A stretch of DNA of 64,000 nt from an uncultured Ureaplasma sp. (GCA_947039515.1 CAMQYY010000001.1:126902-190901); one strand, 5' to 3'; shown: positions 1-9,187, numbered from the stretch's first letter. The notes: generated by a model not told the origin, from the letters alone. Made by a program: numbers and translations.

Positions 1-591
1 AATGATACCTATCTTTTCTCTTATTTGGTTTAAAAAAATAATAGTTGTTTCAGAATTTGATAATAATGTTTGAATTTTTCTTAATCCTTTTGACATTAAT
101 CTAGCATGTAGCCCCATTTGCTGACTATTAATATCATTTTCATATTCATCACTAGGAACCATTGCTGCAACTGAATCAACTACAACAATATCAGCAATTT
201 TATTTTTAATAACAAATTCTAAAATTTCAAATACTTGTTCGCCTGTCTTTGGTTTAGCTATTAGAATATGATCTAAATCTATTCCAATATTTTTAGCATA
301 TTTACCATTAAATGTATGTTCAACATCAATAAACATAACTTTATACCCATCTTTTTGTCCTTGGGCTAATATTTGAAGTGATATTGTTGTTTTAGCAGAT
401 GATTCATTCCCAAATATTTCAATTATTCTTCCTTTAGGTATTCCATTCATTCCTGTTATTTTATCTAAATTTAAACTTCCTGTTTTATAAATATCACATG
501 TAAAATTATCATTACCTAAATAAATTAAATCCTTCCCTAATTTTGATTCTATTAATTTAGCATCAGTATTAATATTGTTTTCAATTTTCAT
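1..591 (-). CDS. recA: Recombinase RecA, N-terminal 197 codons (the gene runs off the window start)
   Basis: Not in the ORF track because it is open at the window edge. My minus-strand translation from ATG 589-591 reads MKIENNINTDAKLIESKLGKDLIYLG...GIPKGRIIEIFGNESSAKTTISLQILAQ...FIDVEHTF...IVVVDSVAAMVP...QMGLHARLMSKGLRKI...IFLNQIREKIG. These correspond to the RecA P-loop, Walker B and L1/L2 regions. cinA lies directly upstream, as in many Firmicutes. Confidence 0.9.
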   Translation of the reverse strand, partial: MKIENNINTDAKLIESKLGKDLIYLGNDNFTCDIYKTGSLNLDKITGMNGIPKGRIIEIFGNESSAKTTISLQILAQGQKDGYKVMFIDVEHTFNGKYAKNIGIDLDHILIAKPKTGEQVFEILEFVIKNKIADIVVVDSVAAMVPSDEYENDINSQQMGLHARLMSKGLRKIQTLLSNSETTIIFLNQIREKIGII

Positions 592-738
592 TAATTTATT
601 GCTCCTCTATTAATAATTAAGTAAAGCAAGTGTTATAGAAAATACTAAAAAAGTAGTTTATTTTATATATAATCAATATAAAATAATAGAAAAATAATAA
701 CTATTCTATTTTTATAGTTATAAAAATAAAGGATTTAG

Positions 739-1212
739 TTACTTAATCAAGTTTAATATTTCTTCATAAACAATTTCAACAATCTCTTCTAAGTTCTTTT
801 TTCGATCGTTTTTTGAAATAACATATTTTTTAAATAATGGTTTTTGATTTATTAAAAAACAAGTGAAGAAAACACCTATTTCATGATTTGAAATATTAGT
901 AGGTCCAGCATTGCCAGAAATTGAAACTATTATGTTAGCAGGATATATTTTATTTAAATTAAAAGCCATTTCATAAACAACTTCTTCTGAGATAACACCA
1001 TAATTGGAAATAATTTTTTCATCAATATTTAATACTTTGGTTTTAAAATCATTACTATATGTTATTAAAGATCCGTTAAATATTTTTGAAATATCACTAT
1101 ATTGAACAAGTTCAGATGTTAAAAGTCCACAAGTTGCTGATTCAGCAAAACTAATAGTTAATTTTTTCTCTTTTAAGATATTTACAACTAATTCAGAATT
1201 AATCATCTTCAT
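739..1212 (-). CDS. cinA: CinA-family protein, C-terminal PncC-like (NMN amidohydrolase) domain only
   Basis: Track ORF 739..1233. The likely start is ATG 1212 (MKMINSEL...), which overlaps the ferredoxin stop. CinA/PncC motifs are present: FAESATCGLL, ITYSNDFK, SISGNAGP. The position upstream of recA is classical. Confidence 0.8.
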   Translation of the reverse strand: MKMINSELVVNILKEKKLTISFAESATCGLLTSELVQYSDISKIFNGSLITYSNDFKTKVLNIDEKIISNYGVISEEVVYEMAFNLNKIYPANIIVSISGNAGPTNISNHEIGVFFTCFLINQKPLFKKYVISKNDRKKNLEEIVEIVYEEILNLIK

Positions 1213-1426
1213 CTTCCATTTTTTTCTTTTCAATTAAAAATTGTTCTTCATCACCTATTATTAAGGCATCAACTGGACAAACTTCAGTAACTTCAATATT
1301 ATCTTCAAAAATACCATCTTCGCATCAAACTTTAGAGTTTTTAAAATCACATCTCCCTTCACTAGCAGGAACACATGCGCCACAAGAAATACATTTATCT
1401 CTAATAACAATTAATCTATTCTTCAT
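1199..1426 (-). CDS. Small 4Fe-4S ferredoxin (75 aa) with an acidic tail
   Basis: Missed by the track because it is short and contains one TGA. My translation is MKNRLIVIRDKCISCGACVPASEGRCDFKNSKVWCEDGIFEDNIEVTEVCPVDALIIGDEEQFLIEKKKMEDEDD. It has a CxxCxxC motif plus a distal CP motif. The length is 228 nt (76 codons), and the TAA stop at 1199-1201 overlaps the cinA start. Confidence 0.8.
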
Positions 1427-1436
1427 TTTTAAAATC

Positions 1437-2459
1437 TCAAAGATACATTTTATTTGTATCTAAATACTTTCTTCCAACTTTTGCAAAATTATCATCACCT
1501 ATTTTTACTAAATCACAAGTAAAATGTGTTGATTGTTTGTTAAAATAAGCTCCAACTCCATAGAAATCAACAGGAGCTTTTAATTCTTCTAATTCTTTAA
1601 TTTTTTCTAAATTCAAACCTGATGAAACAACTATTTTAATATCTTTTCCATTATTTTCATCTAGAAAATTTCTAACCAAATTAATTAAATGAATATTAAC
1701 ACCATATTTTTCATTATTAGGAATATTTAACTTTTCTAATGACTTATCAATCAAATTAATAGATGTATCTATTCTAACACCTTTCAAAAGATGAAAATAA
1801 TTTCTAATTGATTTAAGCGTTTTTATAACATCATTTTCAAAATCAATTAAAAGAATCAGATCAGAAAACAATTCATTATATTTTTTAATTATTTCTTCAA
1901 TATTATTTCTAAATTGTTGAAAAATAGCATGAGGAAGTGTACCTATTACTTTAATTGATTCATCTTTAATTAAATTAACTTGAGCATCTGTTGTAAATAA
2001 TTTGATACCACTTAATGAACTAGAATATCCATCAATTTCTTGTAGCGAATAATGATCACTTCTTTCATTCATATTAATTATCTTTTTAATATCAACAACT
2101 TTAGATAATTTATAGGAATTAGTAGCAACTGATGAGTTTCTACAAAGAATTGAATTAAAAATATTTTCATATTGACACAATAATGAATAATCACCAGTAA
2201 TAGAAATAACAGGTTCATTTTGATTAATAATTTCTCCATCATTTCTAAAATAGAATTCTAATTTTTCTAATGATTCTTTCTCAAAGTTATGAAGAATAAT
2301 TTTTTTAATTTCTTCAATACCACTAAGCATATAATCATTACATTTTAAGCAATAGAACTGCATTGTTGTTTTATTATGCATTTTGTTGTTAATTAATATT
2401 TTTTTAGTTTTTTTAAAATATTCAGTTGTATAAAAACCTTTTTGAATCTTATTTTCCAT
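1437..2459 (-). CDS. pncB: Nicotinate phosphoribosyltransferase-like protein
   Basis: Complete track ORF of 340 aa. The C-terminal region ...VRIDTS...IKIVVSSGLNLEKIKELEELKAPVDFYGVG matches the NAPRTase-family pattern (RxDSGD-like, then SxxLDE...FGVGT). It lies in an NAD-salvage neighbourhood with cinA/pncC, with nadD further on. Confidence 0.7.
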   Translation of the reverse strand: MENKIQKGFYTTEYFKKTKKILINNKMHNKTTMQFYCLKCNDYMLSGIEEIKKIILHNFEKESLEKLEFYFRNDGEIINQNEPVISITGDYSLLCQYENIFNSILCRNSSVATNSYKLSKVVDIKKIINMNERSDHYSLQEIDGYSSSLSGIKLFTTDAQVNLIKDESIKVIGTLPHAIFQQFRNNIEEIIKKYNELFSDLILLIDFENDVIKTLKSIRNYFHLLKGVRIDTSINLIDKSLEKLNIPNNEKYGVNIHLINLVRNFLDENNGKDIKIVVSSGLNLEKIKELEELKAPVDFYGVGAYFNKQSTHFTCDLVKIGDDNFAKVGRKYLDTNKMYL

Positions 2460-4429
2460 TAAACCTCTTGAGAATATTTTTTAATAATAGTAGCAATATA
2501 ATATTCAACAGCTACCATAGCTCTTACATCATTCTCACAGTATAATTTTAAATTATAACTCAAATCTTCTCATTCCTTTTCAGTTAGAAGATTGAAAAAT
2601 CTTTTAGTAGTAGCATTTTGACATATTAAACCATTATTAATTTTAAGACTTTTATAATCAATACATTTAGTTTGATTAAAAATATTAGGATATTCATCTT
2701 TAATAATTGGTAATACTTTTTTAATTGAATAATATCCATATAATTTTTTTAAAAAGATATTTTGTTTATTTTTGGTGAAATTAAAAAAATCAGCTAAATC
2801 AAATAAATTATCAATAATAATATCAATCTTATCAATGTATTGCTCATTATTAATATATTTTTTAAATTCATTTAGTCTACTTTTTTCAAAATTAATATTA
2901 TAAACAACATAAGAATAATCACTACCTTGAAATAATTCATCAACTATTTCTTCAAAAAAAGATAATTTAATATTATATGGATCTGTTAATAAGTTTTTAC
3001 AAATAGCTTTATCAATCCCTTTTCCATCATCAATTAAAATTGAACATTGTGTAACAACTTGAGTAAATGGAGTAGTATCATCAAAAGCTCTAATAGCTGA
3101 ATTAATTGTTTCAAAATCAAAATAAACTTTTTTATTTTTTAATTTTAAAAACAAGTCAATTCCATTTTGTAAAACAAAAATATCATTTTTATTACTATCA
3201 AATCAACTTTTATTTTCACCTTTAAAAAAAATTTTTTCTTTAATTTTATCAAGATTTAAATGTGAATTTTCATAATTTTTAGTAATATCGTTTATTGATT
3301 GTTGAGTTGAATTTCCACTATAAAGAAAATTTTTAAAACCATAAGAAGCATAATAATCTTTTAGTAGAACTGAAAAGGGAGAATTTTTATATTTTCCTTT
3401 ATCTCTTCAAGATGGAAAAAAAGAAGTAGGAAATGGTTGGGTTTTATTTTCCAAATAGAAATTCATTTGTTCTTTTTTAACAATTCTTAATTCATTTAAA
3501 CAAGAATCAAATGATTCATAAATATCTTTTATATTTTTTATTTGCTTATTTGATTCACTAGGAAAATCACTATAATCTCCTTTAACACACTTATTAAAGG
3601 TTATTTTATAAGTTGCTTCTAATTTTTTATCAAAACAAATACCTATTTTTTTTTTAGATTTTTCTTCAATAAATTCATCTTCAGACATATCGCCTTGTTT
3701 AGGTGATGAAAATGATTTTGTGGCATTAAAACTATTTGATAAAATAAAACTTATTTCTTTAGCATTTAATTTTTCATATTTAACTAAGCAAAGTGAATAG
3801 TAAAAATTTAATTTATAATTTTCTTTATTTACAGCTTCTTTAACAGCTTTTTCAACTACTTTTGATTGAAAAAAAATATCTAAAAAATGGTTAATTTTAG
3901 AAGTTGATGTTCCTTTTGTTTCTATTATATGAATATCATTTTTTTCTTTTATAAAAGCATCTGGTCTTGTTATCAAATCATCATGAATAAGTGTTGGTTG
4001 AAAAATAATTACATCTTCATTTTCATTAATAATTTTTTTTGAAATTTCAAAAAGTTCTTCAATTGATTTTCATCGGTATTCTGAACTATCAAAATCAATA
4101 ATTAATGAAATTTTTGGATATTGAAGAGTAATAAATTTCTTTGTTTTTTGATCAATAAGATTACCTTCATAAACTCTTGGATCATCATCATCTTTTTTAA
4201 TTTCACCTTTTAATAGAGTTTCTTTATATAGTTCATAATAATTATTATTCTCACTATCATTTTCTTCATCATTTTCATCATAATTATCAAAATTATTTTC
4301 CATATTCTTTTCTTTAATTAATGAATTCAAAACAAATTCAATTTCTGAATTTGAAAAAAATCAAGTATTTTTTGGTTTTGTAAAATAACCAATGTAATCA
4401 TATTTGTTGATATATTTAGATATTTTCAT
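2459..4429 (-). CDS. DUF2779-type protein with an N-terminal PD-(D/E)xK nuclease-like module and a C-terminal FDFET (RNase H-like/exonuclease-like) module, 656 aa
   Basis: Joins track ORFs 4070..4330, 3407..3976 and 2570..3154, which are all in one frame. I scanned every gap and found only TGA, with no TAA or TAG. The start is ATG 4427-4429 (MKISKYINKYDY...). The TAA stop at 2459-2461 shares one base with the pncB ATG. Motifs: DAFIKEKNDIHIIETKGT (D...ExK) and KVYFDFETINSAIRAFDDTTPFTQVVTQCSI. Confidence 0.7.
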
Positions 4430-4557
4430 AAATTTAATCCTTAATAATTAATTTTATATTTATTATTTATTAAAAATATAAATTTTTATATTGAAAATAA
4501 ATTAAAAAAAAGTTAAAATATAAATTGTAATATTATTAATATGTGAGTAATATAAAA

Positions 4558-5325
4558 ATGAAAAAAAGAACTAAAATAATTAATGGTTTATTTCTATCGA
4601 CAATAGCTTTAAGTTCTATAACTGCTTTAAGTATTGTTAGTTTTGATAATCAAAATAAAATTTCTAACTATAATGTGAATACAAACAATCATAATTTGAG
4701 TTCAAAAGTTAATGAAAATCAATCAACATATATAACAGCTTCAGAAAGAAGTACTTTTGTTGCTGCTAAAAATCAATTACCAACTGATGTTGTTAATTCT
4801 TTAACAGTTAAAAGTGAATATGTTTCAAATGATGCTCAAAAAGTTTGATTCAAACCTTCTGATAATGCTTTAAGATTTGTTGAAGTTATAAATCCAAGTG
4901 TGGAATGAAATTCTAAAGAAGATATGGCTGTGTGTGTTGATGCAGCTGATGATTGAAGTGGTTCACTACGTCTTGAATTTGTTCTATTAAAGAATTATAG
5001 TATTGGTGGTGTTCCAATTACTCCTCCTGGTGGTAATGGGATATTACCGAGTTCACCATATCATATTGATGTTGGATATATGAATAGCTTTACAGTTATA
5101 ATCCCAATGTTAACTATTTTGGGATTAATTGCATTAATTATTTTAATTGGTGGTATTGGTAGTGCTGTTATTATTCGTAAAAATTCAGTTGCAAAATCAC
5201 AAGATAATGCAAAAGAAAATGGTGTTGTAACTGCTTCTAAAAAACCTAAATCTCGTGAAAATGAAAATAAGAAAAAAACTAAACCTGTAAAACAAGATAA
5301 AAAAAGTCTTGAAGAAACAATCTAA
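4558..5325 (+). CDS. Membrane-anchored surface protein of unknown function (N-terminal signal/anchor, C-terminal TM helix plus Lys-rich tail), 255 aa
   Basis: Joins track ORFs 4543..4848 and 5080..5325 (in frame, 537 nt apart) through three TGA codons. The likely start is ATG 4558 (MKKRTKIINGLFLSTIALSSITALS). The C-terminus reads ...TVIIPMLTILGLIALIILIGGIGSAVIIRKNS..KKKTKPVKQDKK. No lipobox Cys is present. Confidence 0.65.
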
Positions 5326-5333
5326 ACTAAATA

Positions 5334-5370
5334 TAAAAAAAAGAGATGGATAATATCCATCTCTTTTTTT
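5334..5370. terminator. Rho-independent-type hairpin between a convergent CDS and tRNA
   Basis: aaaaaaaagagatgga-taat-atccatctcttttttttt. This is a perfect GC-containing stem flanked by an A-run and a T-run, so it could act in both directions. Confidence 0.7.
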
Positions 5371-5388
5371 TATATTTAGTTTTTAAAA

Positions 5389-5465
5389 TGGCGTGCTATA
5401 AAGGATTTGAACCCTCAACCTTTTGGTCCGAAGCCAAATGCTCTATCCAATTGAGCTAATAGCAC
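5389..5465 (-). tRNA. tRNA-Arg (anticodon TCG)
   Basis: The reverse complement is gtgctat-ta-gctc-aattggata-gagc-a-tttgg-CTTCGGA-ccaaa-aggtt-gaggg-ttcaaat-ccttt-atagcac-g-cca. It folds as a cloverleaf with a 7-bp acceptor stem, a TTCAAAT T-loop and an encoded CCA. The anticodon loop CT-TCG-GA gives anticodon TCG. Confidence 0.85.
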
Positions 5466-5471
5466 AAATAA

Positions 5472-6197
5472 TTATTTTAAATTTTCAAAAACTAATTTTT
5501 CTGAAATATTATATATGATATCAGAAATCATAATTGCTATCTTTTTTAAATTATCATCAAATTCAATTGAACTCTTCTTTTTTGAAAATAAATAATCACT
5601 TACTATTTTAATACAAGAAAATTTTACTTTAAATTCATTACAAGTTTGAGCAATACTACAACTTTCCATATCAATAACATCCGGATTGTTTTTAAGAAAG
5701 AAATTATACTTAGATAAATTTTGATTACTTAAAAAAGAATCTCCTGTTGAGCAAGTTCCATTTCTAGTATTAAAGTTATTGAAAGACTTTAAAACTTCTT
5801 CTATTATTTTATTACTAAATGGATCTGTATTAAAAAAAAGTGGTTGTTTTGGTAGAACACCATATTCATAACCAAATGCTGTTAAATCTACATCAAAATA
5901 ATAATTCTTATTAACTAAAACTACATCAAAAAGATTTAAATTATCCAAAAATGCTCCAGCTGAACCGATATTAACAATTAGATCAATATTAAAATTAGCA
6001 ATCATTTGTGTAGCACAAATTGCTGCATTAGTTTTGCCAATACCAGAAAATCCTATAACAATATTTTCACCACTATTCGTTTCAAAAATATAATATTTTC
6101 TTGATTTTATTTTATGACTATAATTTTTTTTAAAATTAGTATGGGTTAAAAAGTCATCAATAACTTCTTTTTCCATAGCGATAATTATACCAATCAT
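5472..6197 (-). CDS. mtnN: 5'-methylthioadenosine/S-adenosylhomocysteine nucleosidase
   Basis: Complete track ORF of 241 aa. The pattern MIGIIIAMEKE...GFSGIGKTNAAICATQMI...NIGSAGA...DMESCSIAQ is typical of Pfs/MtnN. Confidence 0.85.
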   Translation of the reverse strand: MIGIIIAMEKEVIDDFLTHTNFKKNYSHKIKSRKYYIFETNSGENIVIGFSGIGKTNAAICATQMIANFNIDLIVNIGSAGAFLDNLNLFDVVLVNKNYYFDVDLTAFGYEYGVLPKQPLFFNTDPFSNKIIEEVLKSFNNFNTRNGTCSTGDSFLSNQNLSKYNFFLKNNPDVIDMESCSIAQTCNEFKVKFSCIKIVSDYLFSKKKSSIEFDDNLKKIAIMISDIIYNISEKLVFENLK

Positions 6198-6198
6198 T

Positions 6199-7296
6199 TT
6201 ATCTATCCTTATTTAATTGTTTATATAAAAAATCAAAACCTTTATTGATATCTATATTAACCATTTCTCTTATTTTATCAATATTTTCTACATCTTCATT
6301 AGTTCTTAAATATTCTAATTTATCTGCACAATATACTACTTTATCAAGTAAAGATATATTATGGTCAGGATAGTCAAAATTATATGGCATTGTATGTCTT
6401 CTAATTCCTCTTAAAATATCTTTATTTTCATATAACAAGTACTTTTCTAAAAATCAAGCAGCAATTGGTCCATGAAGTACTTTATATGAAATAATATCTT
6501 TATTTGGATAAATATCTTTAAAAATTTGAATTTGAATATTTTTATCCATGTTTTTAAAGAGATCATGAATTAAACTAGCTTGATATATTTCATTAACATT
6601 TTCAAGGTTATTATTTTTGGCAATAATCTTAGCCATAGAGCTTGTTCTCATCATATGCTTATAACGTTCATCTAATACAGAAAAAGTAGTATTGTAATCT
6701 TTAAAATTAAAAATAAAATCAGGTTTAATATACTCTTTTAAAAAAATTAGATGATCATTAATATAATTTTTTACTTCTTTGTTCAAATATTCATATTTAA
6801 AATTATTCTTAATATCACTTGAACTAATATGTTTATTTTCATTTTCTTTAATATAAATAATATCCTTATTATATTCAGAAATTAATGGTTCAATGTTTTC
6901 ATTATTACGATTAAAACAAATAATTTTAACTTTACTTAATATTTTTTTATAATCTTTTCATTTTTTGAAATTAATAAGTAAATCACTTCCCATCAGTAAG
7001 TAGAATTCATCATTCTCATACTTAGCTAAAAAATGATCAATTGTATCAATTGTGTAGTTTGTTTTTTCATTTTCAATTTCAAATTTTGATAAACAAAAAT
7101 CATTATTATAGTCAATAGCTAAATTAATCATATTAATTCTATCTTCACTAGGGATTAAAGTTTTATTATCAAAAGAAGCAAAAGAAGGTATAAAAATAAC
7201 TTTATCAGCTAAAACTTTTTTTTGAGCTTTTTTTACTATTGATATGTGAGCTTGATGGATAGGACTAAAACTTCCGCCAAAAAGAATTACTTTCAT
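6199..7296 (-). CDS. nadD: Fused nicotinate-nucleotide adenylyltransferase (NadD) and YqeK HD-domain phosphohydrolase, 365 aa
   Basis: Track ORFs 6958..7296, 6454..6786 and 6199..6438 share one frame. I translated 6787-6960 myself (W-KDYKKILSKVKIICFNRNNENIEPLISEYNKDIIYIKENENKHISSSDIKNNFKYEYL) and found no TAA or TAG. The NadD motif is GGSFSPIHQAHI. The YqeK HD part reads ...YKHMMRTSSMAKIIA...SLIHDLFK...VLHGPIAAW. Confidence 0.8.
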
Positions 7297-7304
7297 TTTA
7301 CTCC

Positions 7305-8372
7305 TTATATTATTGAATATTCCAGTAATGAAATATCAACATCTTTATGAGTAATAATTTCAATATCTTCAATACCTTTTTTAATAGAAAGTAAACCTAA
7401 ATTAGAAATAACTAAATTATTTTTAATTTCATTATTAAGCTTAAATTTAAATGATTTCAAATCATCATCAACTAAATTAATTAATGTACCATTATTAGGT
7501 CTTAAAGATGTTTCACTGTTATATTTACCTTTAATAATTTTTAAGTCATCATTAATATAAAAACTAATACTAAAGGGATCATTTGTCACTAAATTAATTT
7601 TTAAAAAGTTTTCAACATATAGTGTTTGATTATGATTAACTTGATAAGTTCTAACTTTATTAATTTTTTTATAGATAACATCATTAATGTCTTTTTGACT
7701 AATTCAATTTAAAATTGAATTAGGGTTTGTAATACCAGGTGTATCTAGAATATAAATTCTTTTATATTTTATTTGATTAATATTTAGTGTTGTATTTAAA
7801 TACGGACTAATAGTAATATCTAAATCTATTTTCTTATTTAATAAACTATTTATTAAAGAAGATTTTCCAACATTTGTTTTACCAACAAAAATTGATTTCT
7901 TTTTATCTATATTAGTAATATTTTCTATTTCTTCATAAACTCTATTTAAGTTTTTCTTTCTTAAAGCTGAAACAAAGAATATTTTATTGTATTCAAAACC
8001 ATAATATTCTAAAAGACTCATAATATTTTTTTCAGTTACTTCAACATCATATTTTAAAGGAAGGCAATCCATCTTATTAAAAATGATATTTACATTCATA
8101 TCCTTAAATTCAGGAATAAGAGAGTTTTTAAAATCCAAAATATCGACAATTAAAAATATTTGATGCTTCTTAAAATCAATATTTTTAATTACATCATCAA
8201 CCAAAATAGATGAATTATTTTTAGTTGTAATTAATTTATTGTAATTTTTAATAGAAAAACATCTTTGGCATAGTCTTTTTTTCTCATCAATATTATTAGG
8301 AATATAACCTAATGAATCGATATCATCATTTAAAAAAATTCCACAACCTTTACATTTAACTTTATATTGCAT
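7305..8372 (-). CDS. yqeH: Ribosome-biogenesis GTPase YqeH (circularly permuted GTPase with an N-terminal zinc finger)
   Basis: Track ORFs 7704..8372 and 7305..7589 are in frame. I scanned the gap and found only TGA. Motifs: CKGCG...CQRCF zinc finger, NKMD, VGKTNVGKSSLIN, LDTPG. The neighbourhood is the conserved yqeH...nadD-yqeK arrangement. Confidence 0.85.
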
Positions 8373-8443
8373 TTCTATATTACATCCAGAATATTTTTCT
8401 AATTCAAATAACTCATTATCAATTTATGAGTATTAATGATTAG

Positions 8444-8500
8444 ATCATTTTATTTATATATATTTTACATTCATTATAAAATATATATAAATAAAATGAT
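8444..8500. repeat. Perfect 24-bp inverted repeat with a 9-nt spacer
   Basis: The left arm is atcattttatttatatatatttta (8444-8467). The loop is cattcatta. The right arm is taaaatatatataaataaaatgat (8477-8500) and is the exact reverse complement of the left arm. Confidence 0.9.
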
Positions 8501-8511
8501 TTTTCTATAAT

Positions 8512-8545
8512 AAAAAATCTTTGATAGTGATCAAAGATTTTTTAT
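8512..8545 (-). terminator. Hairpin terminator downstream of the small membrane-protein gene
   Basis: aaaaaatctttgat-agtg-atcaaagatttttt, with a 10-bp stem and a T-run on the minus-strand transcript. Confidence 0.65.
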
Positions 8546-8563
8546 TAAATTAGTTAAAGTTGC

Positions 8564-8749
8564 TTATCTTGAAGCTTTGTTAAATTTCATAGAAAGATTT
8601 TTTCTATTTCTAATTGCTCATGTAATTATTGGCATAATAGCAACTGGCAATAAAGATATTGCATAAGAACAATATACAGCTCCTACTATTGCTATTGTTC
8701 CAAGTACAACAGCAAATACTATTGAAGCTAAAAGTGTTTTTTTATTCAT
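8564..8749 (-). CDS. Small hydrophobic protein, 61 aa, two predicted TM helices
   Basis: My translation includes one TGA: MNKKTLLASIVFAVVLGTIAIVGAVYCSYAISLLPVAIMPIITWAIRNRKNLSMKFNKASR. The length is 186 nt. It starts 7 nt after the stop of the upstream gene and is followed by a terminator. There is no homology argument, so the call rests on context and hydrophobicity only. Confidence 0.45.
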
Positions 8750-8755
8750 TTTAAT

Positions 8756-9187
8756 TTATTCCTTAATTTTTTTTATTATTTTTTGACTTGTTACGCCCAT
8801 TAAGTCCCGGATTCTATCATGGTGATGATTTTCAGATTCTATATCTCTTCTAAAGAAGAAAATAGTCAATAATTGAATATAATCTATAAATGTGATTTCA
8901 TCATTTTTTAATAATTCAACAAGAGAGTCTGAATCAAGAGAGCCTATTCTACCAAGAAGAGGTCCGAAATGAGCTTGTTGCATTTTTCTAGTTTCTTCAA
9001 CTCTTGCATTTGAAATTAATATTTCAACTGCTTTGTCTAATTTTGATTTTTGTTCAATAGGTAAATTATTATAATAATCTTCATCTTCTAAAGCATTTTC
9101 AATAAACGCCAATCTTGAATCATTAGTATTTAAAACTTCTAAAAAAAGTTTTCTACACAAATCAATATTTTCTTTAAAATTATCCAC
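8756..9187 (-). CDS. Hypothetical cytoplasmic protein, 143 aa
   Basis: Complete track ORF with no TGA and no TM segment. It contains an ENHHHD run. I do not recognise a family. Confidence 0.5.
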   Translation of the reverse strand: MDNFKENIDLCRKLFLEVLNTNDSRLAFIENALEDEDYYNNLPIEQKSKLDKAVEILISNARVEETRKMQQAHFGPLLGRIGSLDSDSLVELLKNDEITFIDYIQLLTIFFFRRDIESENHHHDRIRDLMGVTSQKIIKKIKE

